Part shown: piece after piece, positions 33,613 to 46,324 of the stretch | Position numbering within the stretch: the stretch's first letter is position 1 | Layout of the letters: each line of letters starts with the position of its first letter | The notes under the pieces: model-generated | What the model was told of the DNA's origin: nothing | Seen by the model: only the letters and a program-made list of their open reading frames with translations | Database searches by the model: none | Source of the DNA: Nitrospirota bacterium | GTDB taxonomy: Bacteria; Nitrospirota; UBA9217 | Assembly (NCBI GenBank): GCA_963741205.1 | Contig: CAVUHW010000034.1 | Span: 32,001-96,000, forward strand | DNA: 64,000 bases | Reading direction: 5' to 3' | Program-made: the position numbers and the translations under genes

Positions 33613-33639
33613 AATATTTGATCTTACCAGGAGGAAGGC

Positions 33640-33846
33640 ATGGCAAAGACAACACTCAAGATCCAGGGAATGACCTGCAATCACTGCGTGATGCGGGTTG
33701 CGAAGGCGCTCAAGGCGGTGCCCGGCGTCCAGGATGCTCAGGTAGACCTGCAGAAGGGCGAGGCGTCGGTGACCTTTGACGAAGCCAAGGCAACGCAGGA
33801 AAACATGTCCAAGGCCGTTGTCGAGGCCGGCTATAAAGTTGTGTAA
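33640..33846 (+). CDS. copZ: Heavy-metal-associated (copper) chaperone
   Basis: GMTCNHC motif; 68 aa; AGY near the C-terminus. Confidence 0.88.
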   Translation: MAKTTLKIQGMTCNHCVMRVAKALKAVPGVQDAQVDLQKGEASVTFDEAKATQENMSKAVVEAGYKVV

Positions 33847-33937
33847 ACTTCGTTAGAGAACAAGTTTTCCAAATGCATAATAACGACCGCCGACAAGGTC
33901 AGCGGCTTTCTCTAACGGGGTAAATCAGAGGACGGCC

Positions 33938-34708
33938 TTGGTGGACCAGCCGACGAATTGGAAATCCATAATCACAAGACGATTCAGGCGTCAGCTCCCC
34001 CTGGATCTCGAACACTGCTCGCCGATCGCGCTTCGGGCCATCATCCTTGACGTACGGACCCCGGCCCTTATCCTCGACCGCATCGCGCAGGCCTATTGCG
34101 ATGATGAGGAAATTCTGCGCGATCTTGTCCGCTGTCCGAATCTTGACGAGACGACGCTTGCCTTCATCGCCCTGACCGCGTCGGAGGAGATGAAGGGCTT
34201 CATTGCCGTTACGCGCGGTATAGAGGTGGTAGTCGGGGACGCTGCAGCGGCAGCCGCCGGGAAGTCCGATCCGGAAGGAAAGAAGAAAAAGCTTAACGTG
34301 CAGCAGGTCATCCAGAGAATGAGCCCTGCCCAGAAGATCAAGCTTGCATTGACAGGAGCAAAGGACGCGCGGGGCCTGCTCATCCGCGAGTCGAGCAAAA
34401 TAATCGCTCTGTCGGTCCTCGCGAATCCACGGATCACCATCGGCGAGGTGGAGTTCTTCGCCAAGTCGACGAACCTGAGCGAGGATGTTATCCGCAAGAT
34501 CGGGTCCAACGCCGAATGGACAAGGAAAAATACCGTCATCAGCGCACTGGTGGCCAACCCCAAGACGCCGGTCGGCATATCGCTTCCTTTTGTCAACAGA
34601 CTGCCCGACCGGGAACTCGGCATCCTGGAAAGGAGCCGCAGTATTCCCGAAGCCGTGCGAACCGCGGCGAGGAACCTGCTCATCAAGAGAAAATTGGGCA
34701 AAGAATAG
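33938..34708 (+). CDS. Conserved hypothetical alpha-helical protein
   Basis: MSPAQKIKLALTGAKDARGLLIR and repeated NP-x-T (NPRIT, NPKTP) helical motifs. Confidence 0.7.
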   Translation: MVDQPTNWKSIITRRFRRQLPLDLEHCSPIALRAIILDVRTPALILDRIAQAYCDDEEILRDLVRCPNLDETTLAFIALTASEEMKGFIAVTRGIEVVVGDAAAAAAGKSDPEGKKKKLNVQQVIQRMSPAQKIKLALTGAKDARGLLIRESSKIIALSVLANPRITIGEVEFFAKSTNLSEDVIRKIGSNAEWTRKNTVISALVANPKTPVGISLPFVNRLPDRELGILERSRSIPEAVRTAARNLLIKRKLGKE

Positions 34709-34781
34709 CCTGCCTCGCACCCATTCCCGCGAAATTCCGCAGTCCTTATTTTCTATTTCCCGTCAAGGAGAGAAAAGTTCT

Positions 34782-35775
34782 ATGAAGCGTTTTTTATTGC
34801 TGGCAATGGCGGCGCTTGCGCTCGTCTCCGGGTGCTCGGGACCCAGGACCGTCCAGAAGACCGAAGCGATCATGGGCACGGACGTGACCGTGACCGTCGT
34901 GGCCAAATCCGAACAAGAGGGGGCGGCGGCTATCGATGCGGCAATGGCCGAGATAAGACGGTTGGACGCCATGATGTCACTGTACAAGGACACGAGCGAG
35001 ATCACGCAGGTGAACCTCGCAGCGGGCAAACATCCCGTCAAGGTCTCGCCCGAGATGATCGAGGTCGTGGAGGCGGCATCGGAGGTTTCCAGGCTGTCGG
35101 GCGGAGTATTTGACGTAACGATCGGTCCACTGGTCGTCCTGTGGCAGATGCGCCTGAAAGAGGGGAAGCGTCCCTTCGGCCCAGGAGCTGAAGAAGATCC
35201 GCCCCCTGGTGAATTACCGTAATGTCGTAGTCGACCGGAACGCCTCGACAATATTTCTTAAGAAGTCCGGCATGATCATGGACTTCGGGGGGATGAAGGG
35301 TTACATTGCAGACAGGGCGGCCGATATAATCAAAAAACGCGGCATCAACAACGCCATTATTGCCCTTGCGGGCGATATCTGGGTCCTGGGTCGCCGCGAC
35401 GACGGCAGCCCCTGGAGAATCGGCGTTCAGCATCCGCGGGAGCGTGATAAAACATTGGCCACCCTCAACCTGACAGACAAATATATTTCCACCTCGGGAG
35501 ACTATGAACGGTTCGTTATCAGGGAACATAAGCGTTATCATCATATCATCGACCCCCGAACGGGGACGCCTTCAACGGGGGTGATTTCCGCGACCCTTAT
35601 CGGAAACAAGGGGGCGCTCATCGATCCCCTTACCAAGGTCCCGTTCATCCTCGGACCCGTCGAGGGCATGAAGATCGTGAAGAAGCTGGGAGCCGAGGCG
35701 ATTATCGTAGATGAAGAGGGACGGGTGTACATGACCGATGGCATTAAAAACCTGGAAGACCGGGCGGGCCGGTGA
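34782..35775 (+). CDS. apbE: FAD:protein FMN transferase lipoprotein, frameshifted
   Basis: Lipobox VSGC, MGT, FDVTIGPL, STSGDYER and HHIIDPRTG. Confidence 0.9.
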
Positions 35776-35854
35776 CGCATTGCACAGCATTTGCCGGAGC
35801 ACAAGCTCTCTGTTTACCGAGTGATGCGCCGGGAAACGATACGACGAAAGCAGA

Positions 35855-36316
35855 ATGACTTCCCTGAAAACGCTCTCTCCCGTGAAAGTGATGTTTCTCT
35901 GTACCGGCAACTCCTGCAGGAGCCAGATGGCCGAAGGCCTTGCCCGGGAGATCGGCCGGGGCATGCTCGATCCCTACAGCGCAGGACTTATGGCGGCAGG
36001 AGTGCATCCCCGAGCGATTTCCGTTATGGAGGAAATCGGCATTGACATTTCAAAACAGAAATCAAAGCAGATCGATGAAGATCTTCTGCGCACTATGGAC
36101 ATCGTCGTCACACTCTGCGCCGGAGCCTATGACGCGTGCCCCCGGACCCCTCCGGACGTCCCGCGTCTGCACTGGCCAGTTAAAGATCCGGTGGGCGCCA
36201 TCGGGAGCAGGGAAGAGGTCATGAAGGAATTCAGACGGGCGCGTGACGAAATCAGGGGTAAAATCGAGGAACTCGTAAGGACGATGAAACGCCGGGAAGG
36301 GACGGCAGCGCCTTGA
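35855..36316 (+). CDS. arsC: Thioredoxin-type arsenate reductase
   Basis: FLCTGNSCRSQMAEG, TLC...ACP and DP motifs. Confidence 0.88.
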   Translation: MTSLKTLSPVKVMFLCTGNSCRSQMAEGLAREIGRGMLDPYSAGLMAAGVHPRAISVMEEIGIDISKQKSKQIDEDLLRTMDIVVTLCAGAYDACPRTPPDVPRLHWPVKDPVGAIGSREEVMKEFRRARDEIRGKIEELVRTMKRREGTAAP

Positions 36317-36456
36317 TCCAATATTAAAACAGCGTTATGATATAATTACGATATAAAAAACAGTTGCGCAAACGATGCGAGACTGGTAATATAAAAAACT
36401 TATTTTACTCGTAAACCTGAAAACGAGGTTTATACAGAAGACCGCAAGGAGGAAGC

Positions 36457-36759
36457 ATGGTAAGTTTGACGGACAGCGCAGTGGGCAAATTCAAGGAAGT
36501 AGTCACCCAGCAAGGTAAGCTCGGGGACGGAGTCAGGATATTCGTCGTTCCGGGAGGCTGAAGCCCCTCATTGGCTATGGACATAGCCAAAGCCGCCCAG
36601 AAGGGCGATACGACCGTCGAAGTGAGCGGTCTTAAGATTTTTCTCGAGGAGAAGGCAAAGTCCATGCTCGAGAATACGAGCATCGATTTCCAGGAAAATC
36701 AGGGTTTCGTGCTCACGGGCATGCAGCCGAGCGCCTGCGGGTCCTCCTGCAGCTGCTAA
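36457..36759 (+). CDS. HesB/IscA-like selenoprotein (in-frame TGA, codon 35)
   Basis: SD AGGAGG, ATG 36457, LTDSA...VRIFVVPGG-TGA-SPSLAM; frame stays open to CGSSCSC*; TGA sits at the Cys position of the GGC motif. Confidence 0.85.
36562..36592 (+). promoter_or_regulatory. Putative bacterial SECIS hairpin
   Basis: Perfect stem TTGGCTAT-GGAC-ATAGCCAA beginning 10 nt after the TGA, with G in the apical loop. Confidence 0.7.
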
Positions 36760-36788
36760 TAACGTTATCAAACAGACATTCTCGATGG

Positions 36789-36825
36789 CCGCTGTTTCCG
36801 ACCGGAAACAGCGGTTTTCTTTTTT
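36789..36825 (+). terminator. Intrinsic terminator
   Basis: ccgctgtttcc-gacc-ggaaacagcgg followed by a T-tract. Confidence 0.85.
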
Positions 36826-37010
36826 CCTACTATAAGTGTTGTCGGTCTGACACGGCGCCTGCATAATTCAAGGCAAGCAGATCGGACAACGCCCACCATT
36901 ACCTTTGCTTCCGGCAATGCCCGCTTTCTTTGCTAGAATAGAGGCATGGTCCGCTCCCTTCCACCTTCTCGGAGGTCAACTTCTCTACCACCATCAACCT
37001 CAAGGGAGGC

Positions 37011-38531
37011 ATGTCGAGGTTGTGTCGAATGAGAATTTCTTTGCCCGCACTTTGTTTCACCCTGTTACTCATAATGTTTCCATCGGCCCTTGCCGCCGAA
37101 CCGGCTGACCAGGAGGTCAAGTGCCCGCCGGGAACCGGACAGTCAGAAGACAACGGCGGCATATGCAGAGATCCCGATCAAGCTCTCCCGCCTCTCACGC
37201 AGCCCGGAACGGTTGTCCTGCAGCCTCATCTCGAACCGCGGCAGAGTATCTCGCCTGGCAACGAGGATAAAACGCAAAGCCCGCCCCTAAGGAAGAATCC
37301 CAAAAACAAACAAATCATCGTCTACTTCTTCTGGGGCCGGGGATGTCCCCATTGCGAGAAGGAGAAGGTATTTCTCATTGAATTGGGGCGCAGGAATCCC
37401 TCCCTGACCGTAAGGGACTTCGAGGTCTGGTACAACAAGAAGAACGCCGCGCTGTTGTCCTCACTGCTCCAGGCCAGAGAGATGCGTCCTTCCGGCGTGC
37501 CGGTCACCTTTATCGATAAAGAGGTCTTTACGGGCTTTGCCGGGCAAACAGAGGACCGGATTGCCGCGGCCGTTCAAACGTGCCTGTCCCAAACTTGCGA
37601 AGATCCCGCCGGGATGATAGCGCAAACGGAGGCGACGGATAAGGCTCCCCAATCGCCCCAATCGGAATCGGGAATGACGGCGACGACACCGGCCAGGGAA
37701 AGGGGCGAGTCCGTAGATATCCCGCTCCTCGGCACACTCGACGCGAGGACCACTTCGCTTCCTGTTTTGACTCTCTTCATCGCGGGTCTGGACAGCTTTA
37801 ATCCCTGCGCCTTCTTCGTACTCCTCACCCTTCTGGGGCTCCTAGTCCATGCCCGGTCTCGCAATAAAATGCTGCTCGTCGGGGGCGTCTTTGTTTTCTT
37901 TTCCGGGTTCATCTATTTTCTTTTCATGGCCGCCTGGCTGAACGTGTTTCTCGTCATGGGGCATGTTACGGCCATTACGACGATAGCGGGCGGTGTCTCG
38001 ATCCTGATCGCCGCGGTCAATATCAAGGACTTTTTTCTCTTCAAGCAAGGGGTTTCCCTGACGATCCCGGACAGCGCGAAACCGAAGCTCTTCGACCGGA
38101 TGAGAAAGCTCCTCAGGTCCACGTCGCTGTTCTCGATCCTGGCCGGAACGACGGTGTTGGCTGTTGTAGCAAATTCCTATGAACTGCTGTGCACCGCCGG
38201 TTTCCCGATGGTGTTCACGCGGATCCTGACGCTGAACGCGCTTTCGACGACGTCCTATTACCTCTACCTCGCTCTTTACAACATCATTTACATCATCCCG
38301 CTTCTTCTTATTGTCCTGGTGTTCACCATCACGCTGGGCGCCAGAAAATTATCCGAACGACAGGGGAGATTGATGAAGCTCATATCAGGCGCCATGATGC
38401 TCGGCCTGGGCGGCGTATTGATCATCGACCCGGCCCTCCTGAACAGTCTGATGGTCTCATTCGTCCTTCTGGCAGGGGCGCTCGGCGTCTCGTTTCTTCT
38501 TTCGGCGGTGATGAAGAGGTGGGGGTACTGA
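37011..38531 (+). CDS. Thioredoxin/glutaredoxin-like domain fused to a DsbD/CcdA-like membrane domain
   Basis: Signal peptide, GCPHC and GVP; DSFNPCAF and ELLCTAGFP membrane Cys motifs. Confidence 0.8.
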   Translation: MSRLCRMRISLPALCFTLLLIMFPSALAAEPADQEVKCPPGTGQSEDNGGICRDPDQALPPLTQPGTVVLQPHLEPRQSISPGNEDKTQSPPLRKNPKNKQIIVYFFWGRGCPHCEKEKVFLIELGRRNPSLTVRDFEVWYNKKNAALLSSLLQAREMRPSGVPVTFIDKEVFTGFAGQTEDRIAAAVQTCLSQTCEDPAGMIAQTEATDKAPQSPQSESGMTATTPARERGESVDIPLLGTLDARTTSLPVLTLFIAGLDSFNPCAFFVLLTLLGLLVHARSRNKMLLVGGVFVFFSGFIYFLFMAAWLNVFLVMGHVTAITTIAGGVSILIAAVNIKDFFLFKQGVSLTIPDSAKPKLFDRMRKLLRSTSLFSILAGTTVLAVVANSYELLCTAGFPMVFTRILTLNALSTTSYYLYLALYNIIYIIPLLLIVLVFTITLGARKLSERQGRLMKLISGAMMLGLGGVLIIDPALLNSLMVSFVLLAGALGVSFLLSAVMKRWGY

Positions 38532-38603
38532 TGAATCAGAGGACTAGTACACCGTAAATTTAATTATTGATGGTTCCAGCACCGACATTCGCCTAAAAGA
38601 TTT

Positions 38604-38682
38604 TTCTGCGTCTTCTGCGTGTTCTGCGGTTTTAACGCATGAGGACCCTGACGAGACCGCAGAATACGCAGAATATGCAGAA
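38604..38682. repeat. Inverted nonamer triplets (TTCTGCGNN x3 / NNYGCAGAA x3)
   Basis: TTCTGCGTC TTCTGCGTG TTCTGCGGT ... ACCGCAGAA TACGCAGAA TATGCAGAA. Confidence 0.8.
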
Positions 38683-38735
38683 GGGGAAATCCGATTGAGC
38701 TGACGGAGCGCAAAACAATTACGAATTAGTTTTAT

Positions 38736-40227
38736 CAAGCCGCGCCGTAAAACCTCGTCCTTCAGGGCGGGGATATAAGGCGCTGGTTGCTATGCAACCA
38801 GAGAATCATGTCCTTCAATAAGTAGTGGACAAATGTTCACCTGCTTGATATATTAATCAATATGGATGATTTAACAGCAGAGTTTGAATTTCAAACGATG
38901 ACTGCCGTCGGAAAAGTATCAGTGACCGACGATAGCACCGCTCTTCTGCTTGGGCTGTTAAGTTTTTCCGCAACAAAGCTTTGGAACGTTGCCGTGTGGT
39001 ATACCAAGGAAGTCTGGGCATACACCGGCAAAATCCCCTCCTTTGGGGAGGTGGACGTCGCTATCAAGCAGGAACGCCCTCGCTGGTACCGAAGCCTGCA
39101 CTCACAAAGCGCACAGGCTGTATTGGAAGAACTTTGGCAGTCATACAAGTCATGGTTCGCTCTCCGGAAAAAAGGCGACCTGAACGCCAAACCGCCAGGG
39201 TTCAGACGAAAAACGGATCTATCGGCGGTCACCTTCAAGCAAAACGCCGTTAAATGGAACCCGCGGACTAAAACAGTGCGTTTCAGCATCCCGAAGGACG
39301 TTTACGACAAGCAGTTCCTGTATCTCAAAATCCGGCTGCCTGAAGGCATCCGGCTCACCGAAGATAACATCCAGATTGCCCGGCTAATCCATCACAATGG
39401 TAGTTGGACGGTCCATTTCGTATACAATATCATGCTCCCCGCACTGAAAGGATCCGGGGAGACAATGGCCATTGACCTTGGCATGAAGCATCTTGCAGCC
39501 ACCGCCTGCACAGATAAGATCACGGCACTTTGGTCAGGCGGCGAGTTGGCCGCTCTGGAACGGCACTTCGACAAGCAAAAGGCAAAGACCACGCAAAGCA
39601 GATCCAGGAAGTCGTGCGCTCTTAACCAAAAACGGTCACGTCAGCGTACCCACCTGCTCCACAGTTTCACCAAATCTCTTGTTCGCGATGCAGACGCTCG
39701 CGGTGTCTCCACGATCATCGTGGGGGACCTTAAGGACATCAGAGATGGTAAAGACTGGGGAGACAGCGGGAACCAGAAATTTCACAAATGGCCGTTCGAT
39801 AAAGTCATCAAGATGCTCACGTATAAGGCTAGACTCGCTGGCATCCGCGTTGTGAAGATAGAGGAAAGCTACACGAGCCAGACATGCTGTAAGTGCGGCA
39901 CAATTTGCAAATCTAGTCGTGTCCATCGAGGCCTCTATGTTTGTAGCCAATGCGGATCCGTAATCAATGCCGACGTGAACGGCGCAATCAACATTTTTAA
40001 AAGGTATCTCCCGGGGCAAATAAATGACTCCTGGAGTAGTGGCTGCTTGGCACAGCCCGCGGTCAACCGGTTTGCCTGGAGAAAAACCAGGCCAGTATCA
40101 TCAGCCCATAAACCGGGGACGTGGCATACATTCCTGCCGCATCCGCGAACAGAATCAGCAGTGGCTCTTAAGTGAAGTAAGAGTCTGATTCGGGAATCCT
40201 CGGCCTTCAGGCCGGGGAGGATGTCAA
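38736..40227 (+). mobile_element. IS200/IS605-type TnpB-only element, family B full copy
   Basis: Preceded by TTTAT; left hairpin cctcgtccttcagggcgggg; right hairpin cctcggccttcaggccgggg ending GATGTCAA; no tnpA. Confidence 0.9.
38862..40175 (+). CDS. tnpB: RNA-guided endonuclease TnpB
   Basis: AIDLG, IIVGDL, EESYTSQTC..C, C..C and NADVNGAINI. Confidence 0.92.
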   Translation: MDDLTAEFEFQTMTAVGKVSVTDDSTALLLGLLSFSATKLWNVAVWYTKEVWAYTGKIPSFGEVDVAIKQERPRWYRSLHSQSAQAVLEELWQSYKSWFALRKKGDLNAKPPGFRRKTDLSAVTFKQNAVKWNPRTKTVRFSIPKDVYDKQFLYLKIRLPEGIRLTEDNIQIARLIHHNGSWTVHFVYNIMLPALKGSGETMAIDLGMKHLAATACTDKITALWSGGELAALERHFDKQKAKTTQSRSRKSCALNQKRSRQRTHLLHSFTKSLVRDADARGVSTIIVGDLKDIRDGKDWGDSGNQKFHKWPFDKVIKMLTYKARLAGIRVVKIEESYTSQTCCKCGTICKSSRVHRGLYVCSQCGSVINADVNGAINIFKRYLPGQINDSWSSGCLAQPAVNRFAWRKTRPVSSAHKPGTWHTFLPHPRTESAVALK

Positions 40228-40234
40228 GCCACGA

Positions 40235-42429
<2,195 letters not shown>

Positions 42430-42557
42430 AATATTTACTCCTTTCGTCTAAATGGTTTGCATTGATTTTATTGATCCAACCGGCTCGTGAACGTATCGTG
42501 GTGCCGCTCCTCATCAGTGAGAATGTTCTCAAATAGAAGCCGCGCCGTCGCGGTGAA

Positions 42558-43007
42558 TCAGCCTGCACGTTTTCGGCGGCAATCTTTACAATATCCATAA
42601 TATTCGTATCTCATTGCCACGGGCTGAAAATCCGCCTTCTGCTGCACCTGGGTATAGGAATAAGGCAGCTCGCCGGGGAAGTCCTCGATCTTGCCGCACT
42701 TTTTGCAGATCAGGTTAATATGGTTCGCCACATTGACATCATATCGGTTGTCCCGGTCGTAGAATTCAAGCTCCTGAATCAACCCCTCCTTTTTCAGCAT
42801 ATCAAGAGTGTAATAGACCGTTGACATGCTGACCTGCGGCAGGCTTTTCCTGATTTTTTTCAATATGTCAGCGGCTCCGGGATGCGTCATGTCCTTTGAC
42901 AGCAGGTTGATGATCGCGCGTCTCTGAGAGGTCAGCTTATACCCCCGATCTCTGAGCCTTTTTTGCAATACTGTTTCAATTTCCTGAGGTTTTAAGGACC
43001 GTTTCAT
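42558..43007 (-). CDS. Fur-family regulator (PerR-like)
   Basis: TSQRRAI, HP.A, STVY, HINLICKKCG and CKDC; directly upstream of katG. Confidence 0.85.
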   Translation of the reverse strand: MKRSLKPQEIETVLQKRLRDRGYKLTSQRRAIINLLSKDMTHPGAADILKKIRKSLPQVSMSTVYYTLDMLKKEGLIQELEFYDRDNRYDVNVANHINLICKKCGKIEDFPGELPYSYTQVQQKADFQPVAMRYEYYGYCKDCRRKRAG

Positions 43008-43016
43008 AATATAGCA

Positions 43017-43072
43017 TAATAGGAATGGTTCCGAATTAGGTTAATTATGGTCACTATTGTTCTCTTTGTCAA
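43017..43072 (-). promoter_or_regulatory. sigma70 promoter of the Fur-family/katG unit with adjacent imperfect palindrome
   Basis: Minus-strand TTGACA-17 bp-CATAAT; AATAGGAATGGTTCCGAATT lies between the promoter and the start codon. Confidence 0.6.
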
Positions 43073-43115
43073 GGCATCTCACGTAGATAATATGGAAATT
43101 GATAAAAATAATCGA

Positions 43116-43338
43116 TTACGATGAACGTCTACCTTCCTTCAGATGTTTCCGAGAATGTTAAGCGCTTGTTGAAATTCAGAATTGCTGGGGTCGCATATCT
43201 CCGATAATGTTGGCGAAATCCTCATCGTGAATGAAAAGTTTAAATCCAATTGTTTTTAATGTTCTCTTCTGTAGCTAAGTCAGCCTCGTAGGCTATTCCT
43301 CTGATAATAGTACTTATAATTGAGTTCCCATCCAGCAT
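43116..43338 (-). CDS. Small low-GC hypothetical protein, frameshifted
   Basis: Reads MLDGNSIISTIIRGIAYEAD...FQQALNIL across frames; no family recognised. Confidence 0.25.
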
Positions 43339-43516
43339 CTTCCTATCGCCTTAGGTGACATCCCGTTGTTTCCACAGCGCAGCATCTGCTGTGCCCGTTT
43401 GTTGGCCTGAGCGCACCCAAGAATAGCATCGTACACATAATTCGAATGCTCACGCCTGGCCCTGGCTTCACCGCCTCCGCATGATTCGACGGGATCAGAA
43501 CGAGTATTTTATGCGT

Positions 43517-44893
43517 TCATTTCTTCTGCAGCCCCAGCTTCTTCCTGAGCGTCAGTCGGTTGATGCCGAGCAGCCGCGCGGCCTCGGACTGGTTCTCCCG
43601 GGTATGGGACAGGAGATACTCGAATACATGCCGGTCCACTTCCGCATGGACTTTTTCGTAGATGTTCTTTTCCTTCTTGTCGAGCGCTTTTTTCACATAG
43701 GGGATTACGGCTGCTGCCAGGGCGTCCGCTGCTTCGGTTACGGGTCTTGCCGCCGGATCGGCCCCCAGGTCCTTCAGTTCCTGAGTGGTCAGATAGTCAG
43801 TCTTGCACATGGCGATGGCAGACCGGATCGTGTTTTCCAACTCGCGAATGTTGCCCGGCCAGTCGTAGGCGAGGAGCCGGTCGAGGAATGCCTTGGTCAC
43901 GCCCTTGATCGGTTTCTGCGCCGTATGAGCATGCCGGTAGAAAAGGCACTGGACAAGCGGAGCGATGTCCTTCTTCCTTTCCCGGAGCGGAGGAACGTGG
44001 ACCTGGGCCACGCGCAAGCGGTGGTACAGGTCTTCCCGGAATTTTCCTTCCCGCACCATCGCGGCAAGGTCGCGGTTTGTCGCCGAGATCACGCGCACAT
44101 TCACCTGGACCTCTTTTGTGCTGCCCACGGGATAGAATGTCTGTGTCTGGAGGAAGCGAAGGAGCTTGCCCTGGAGCTGGAGCGGCAATTCGGCGATTTC
44201 GTCAAAGAACACGCATCCTCCGTCCGCTGTCCTGGCCATTCCCTCTTTCGAAGCGACGGCCCCCGTGAAGGCGCCCCGTTCGTACCCGAAGAGCTCCGAT
44301 TCAAGCAGGGTATCGGGCACGGCGGCGGAATTGATGACCACAAAGGGCTTGCCGAAGCGGGACGAGAGTTGCGCGATGGCCTCGGCAACGAGCTCTTTGC
44401 CCGTTCCCGTCTCGCCGGTGATCAACACCGGGACTTCGACCTGGGCGATGCGGGCGACCTTTTCGCACAGACTCATGACGAGGGACGAGCGGCCGATGAT
44501 CACGCAGGTCGCCGCAGGAGCGATGAATGTCCTTCGAGATCGGACCACGCCGGTCATTTCCCGCATGAGCGCGTGCAGTTCCTCGAGGATGCGCGAAATC
44601 CTTTCCTTCCTGAGAGGACGGCGCATGATCTCGTAGGCCCCCCAGGTCGCCGCTTCCATGACCGGGCCTGTCCGCTCCTGGTCCGTCACCGCAAGGACGA
44701 AGGCCTTTTCTCCGTACTCTTTGATCCGGTGCACTTCGACGGAATCGATGTCGAATACGATGCAGACAAGACCGGCCAATGCCGGTGTCTTTTGCGGCCC
44801 CGCGGTGACGAGCTTGTATCCCTTCGGCAAGACGACGGACAGTTCTTTTTCCAGTCTTCCCTCGTCCCGGGTTATGAGCAGGATTCTCTCCAT
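43517..44893 (-). CDS. sigma54-dependent Fis-family activator with degenerate receiver-like N-terminus
   Basis: GETGTGKE, ELFGYERGAFTGA, WPGNIRELEN and NQSEAARLLGI. Confidence 0.92.
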   Translation of the reverse strand: MERILLITRDEGRLEKELSVVLPKGYKLVTAGPQKTPALAGLVCIVFDIDSVEVHRIKEYGEKAFVLAVTDQERTGPVMEAATWGAYEIMRRPLRKERISRILEELHALMREMTGVVRSRRTFIAPAATCVIIGRSSLVMSLCEKVARIAQVEVPVLITGETGTGKELVAEAIAQLSSRFGKPFVVINSAAVPDTLLESELFGYERGAFTGAVASKEGMARTADGGCVFFDEIAELPLQLQGKLLRFLQTQTFYPVGSTKEVQVNVRVISATNRDLAAMVREGKFREDLYHRLRVAQVHVPPLRERKKDIAPLVQCLFYRHAHTAQKPIKGVTKAFLDRLLAYDWPGNIRELENTIRSAIAMCKTDYLTTQELKDLGADPAARPVTEAADALAAAVIPYVKKALDKKEKNIYEKVHAEVDRHVFEYLLSHTRENQSEAARLLGINRLTLRKKLGLQKK

Positions 44894-44992
44894 AGTCCAT
44901 CCTTGTGTACAAAAAATATACAATATATATAAAATATAATCAATGACAATCTGCCGGCGTCGTTAATTCCCTTATTTTCCGCTTTTCTCGAC

Positions 44993-45008
44993 TGGCATGC
45001 ATGTTGCT
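44993..45008 (+). promoter_or_regulatory. sigma54 -24/-12 promoter
   Basis: TGGCAT-GCATG-TTGCT fits TGGCAC-N5-TTGC; divergent from a sigma54 activator gene. Confidence 0.75.
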
Positions 45009-45090
45009 TATAGTATAAGAAATTTATCGCATTAATGGTACTCTGCTGCCGAAGCGCGGTCGCCGGCAGAGACCAAGGAGAGGTGACGGC

Positions 45091-46238
45091 ATGGGAGAGC
45101 TGACGGCGGCATTACCGAACATCGATGAACTGAAGCGGGTAGGCATCATCGGCCAGAAGCAGAAGGACTATTACTTGATACGCCTCAGGACCATAGGCGG
45201 CGGGATGACCAGCGAAGAACTGGGTGTCGTGTCCGGGGTCGCGGAGAAATACGGAAAAGGCCGAGTGCACCTCACCACGCGCCAGGCAGTGGAGATCCAC
45301 AATATCCACGTTGACAATCTCCAGGCGGCGAGGGAAGAGCTCGAACAGAACGGGATCGTACTCGGTGTGTGCGGGCCGAGGGGGAGGGGGATCGTGGCCT
45401 GCCCTGGTGAACTGCCACCTGCACGTCGGGAATCATTGAGACCAAGGAACTCGCCGCCGAACTGGATGCGGCGTACCTGCGCATACAGGCCCCGCACAAG
45501 TGCAAGATCGGCATCTCCGGCTGCCCGAACAACTGCTCAAAGCCGGTTGAGAACGACATCGGCATCATGGGCGGCGTTCTGCCGGGATGGGACAAGGAGG
45601 CCTGCATAACCTGCAAGCTCTGCGTCAGCATCTGCCCGGCCCAGGCGATCGAGCAGCGGGAAAAGGATTTCGTGCTCGACACTGAGAAATGCATTCTCTG
45701 CGGACTGTGCATCAGGAACTGTCCGTCATCGGCATGGACGGCACGGAAGACGGGATATACGCTGTACCTCGGCGGTACCATGGGCAAGAAGCCGCGGCTC
45801 GGGACAAAAGCAAAAGTACTGATCGAGACAAAAGAGGAACTGACAGGGGACATCCGCAACGGGCCTTCGATTATTATGTCGCTCAGGGCAGGAAAAAGGA
45901 GCGCTTCGGCCACACCCTCGACAGGATCGGGGTGGACAAGGCATTTGACGAGATATTCTCGGGAGAGAAAAAGAGCGCCCCCGCAGCCGCGGAAAATGAC
46001 GCAGCGTCCGCCGTAAAGAAGAATCTCCTCGACCTTCGGGGAGTTTGCTGCCCTTTGAATTTCGTGAAGGCCAAGCTTGCGATGGACAAGATAAGGGCCG
46101 GCGACACGATCGAGTTCTACCTCGATGACGGTGAACCGATCGTGAACGTAACGAGAAGTCTCAAGGATGAGGGACATCAGGTGCTGCTGGTGACCCCTCA
46201 TGACGAACTACTTCAAGGTCCTGGTGGAAAAGGGCTGA
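45091..46238 (+). CDS. Sulfite/nitrite reductase-like siroheme-4Fe4S protein with ferredoxin insert, fused to a TusA/SirA domain (frameshifted)
   Basis: HLTTRQ, ACPG..C, KIGISGCPNNC, two CxxCxxCxxxCP and LDLRGVCCPLNFVKAKL. Confidence 0.82.
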
Positions 46239-46324
46239 ATAAGTCCGTATAATCCCGTATAATTACCTTGCGGAGGGGGGGCATGGACAGGGCGGTTTCC
46301 TCAGGGAGTGAGACAGGGGCGGGC

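Noticed and set aside
38604-38682. Possible mini CRISPR array
   Set aside because: Units are 9 bp, adjacent and inverted, with no spacers or cas genes.
46020-46080. Further selenoproteins among TusA, CopZ, ArsC and the thioredoxin fusion
   Set aside because: Their catalytic positions are encoded by ordinary Cys codons.
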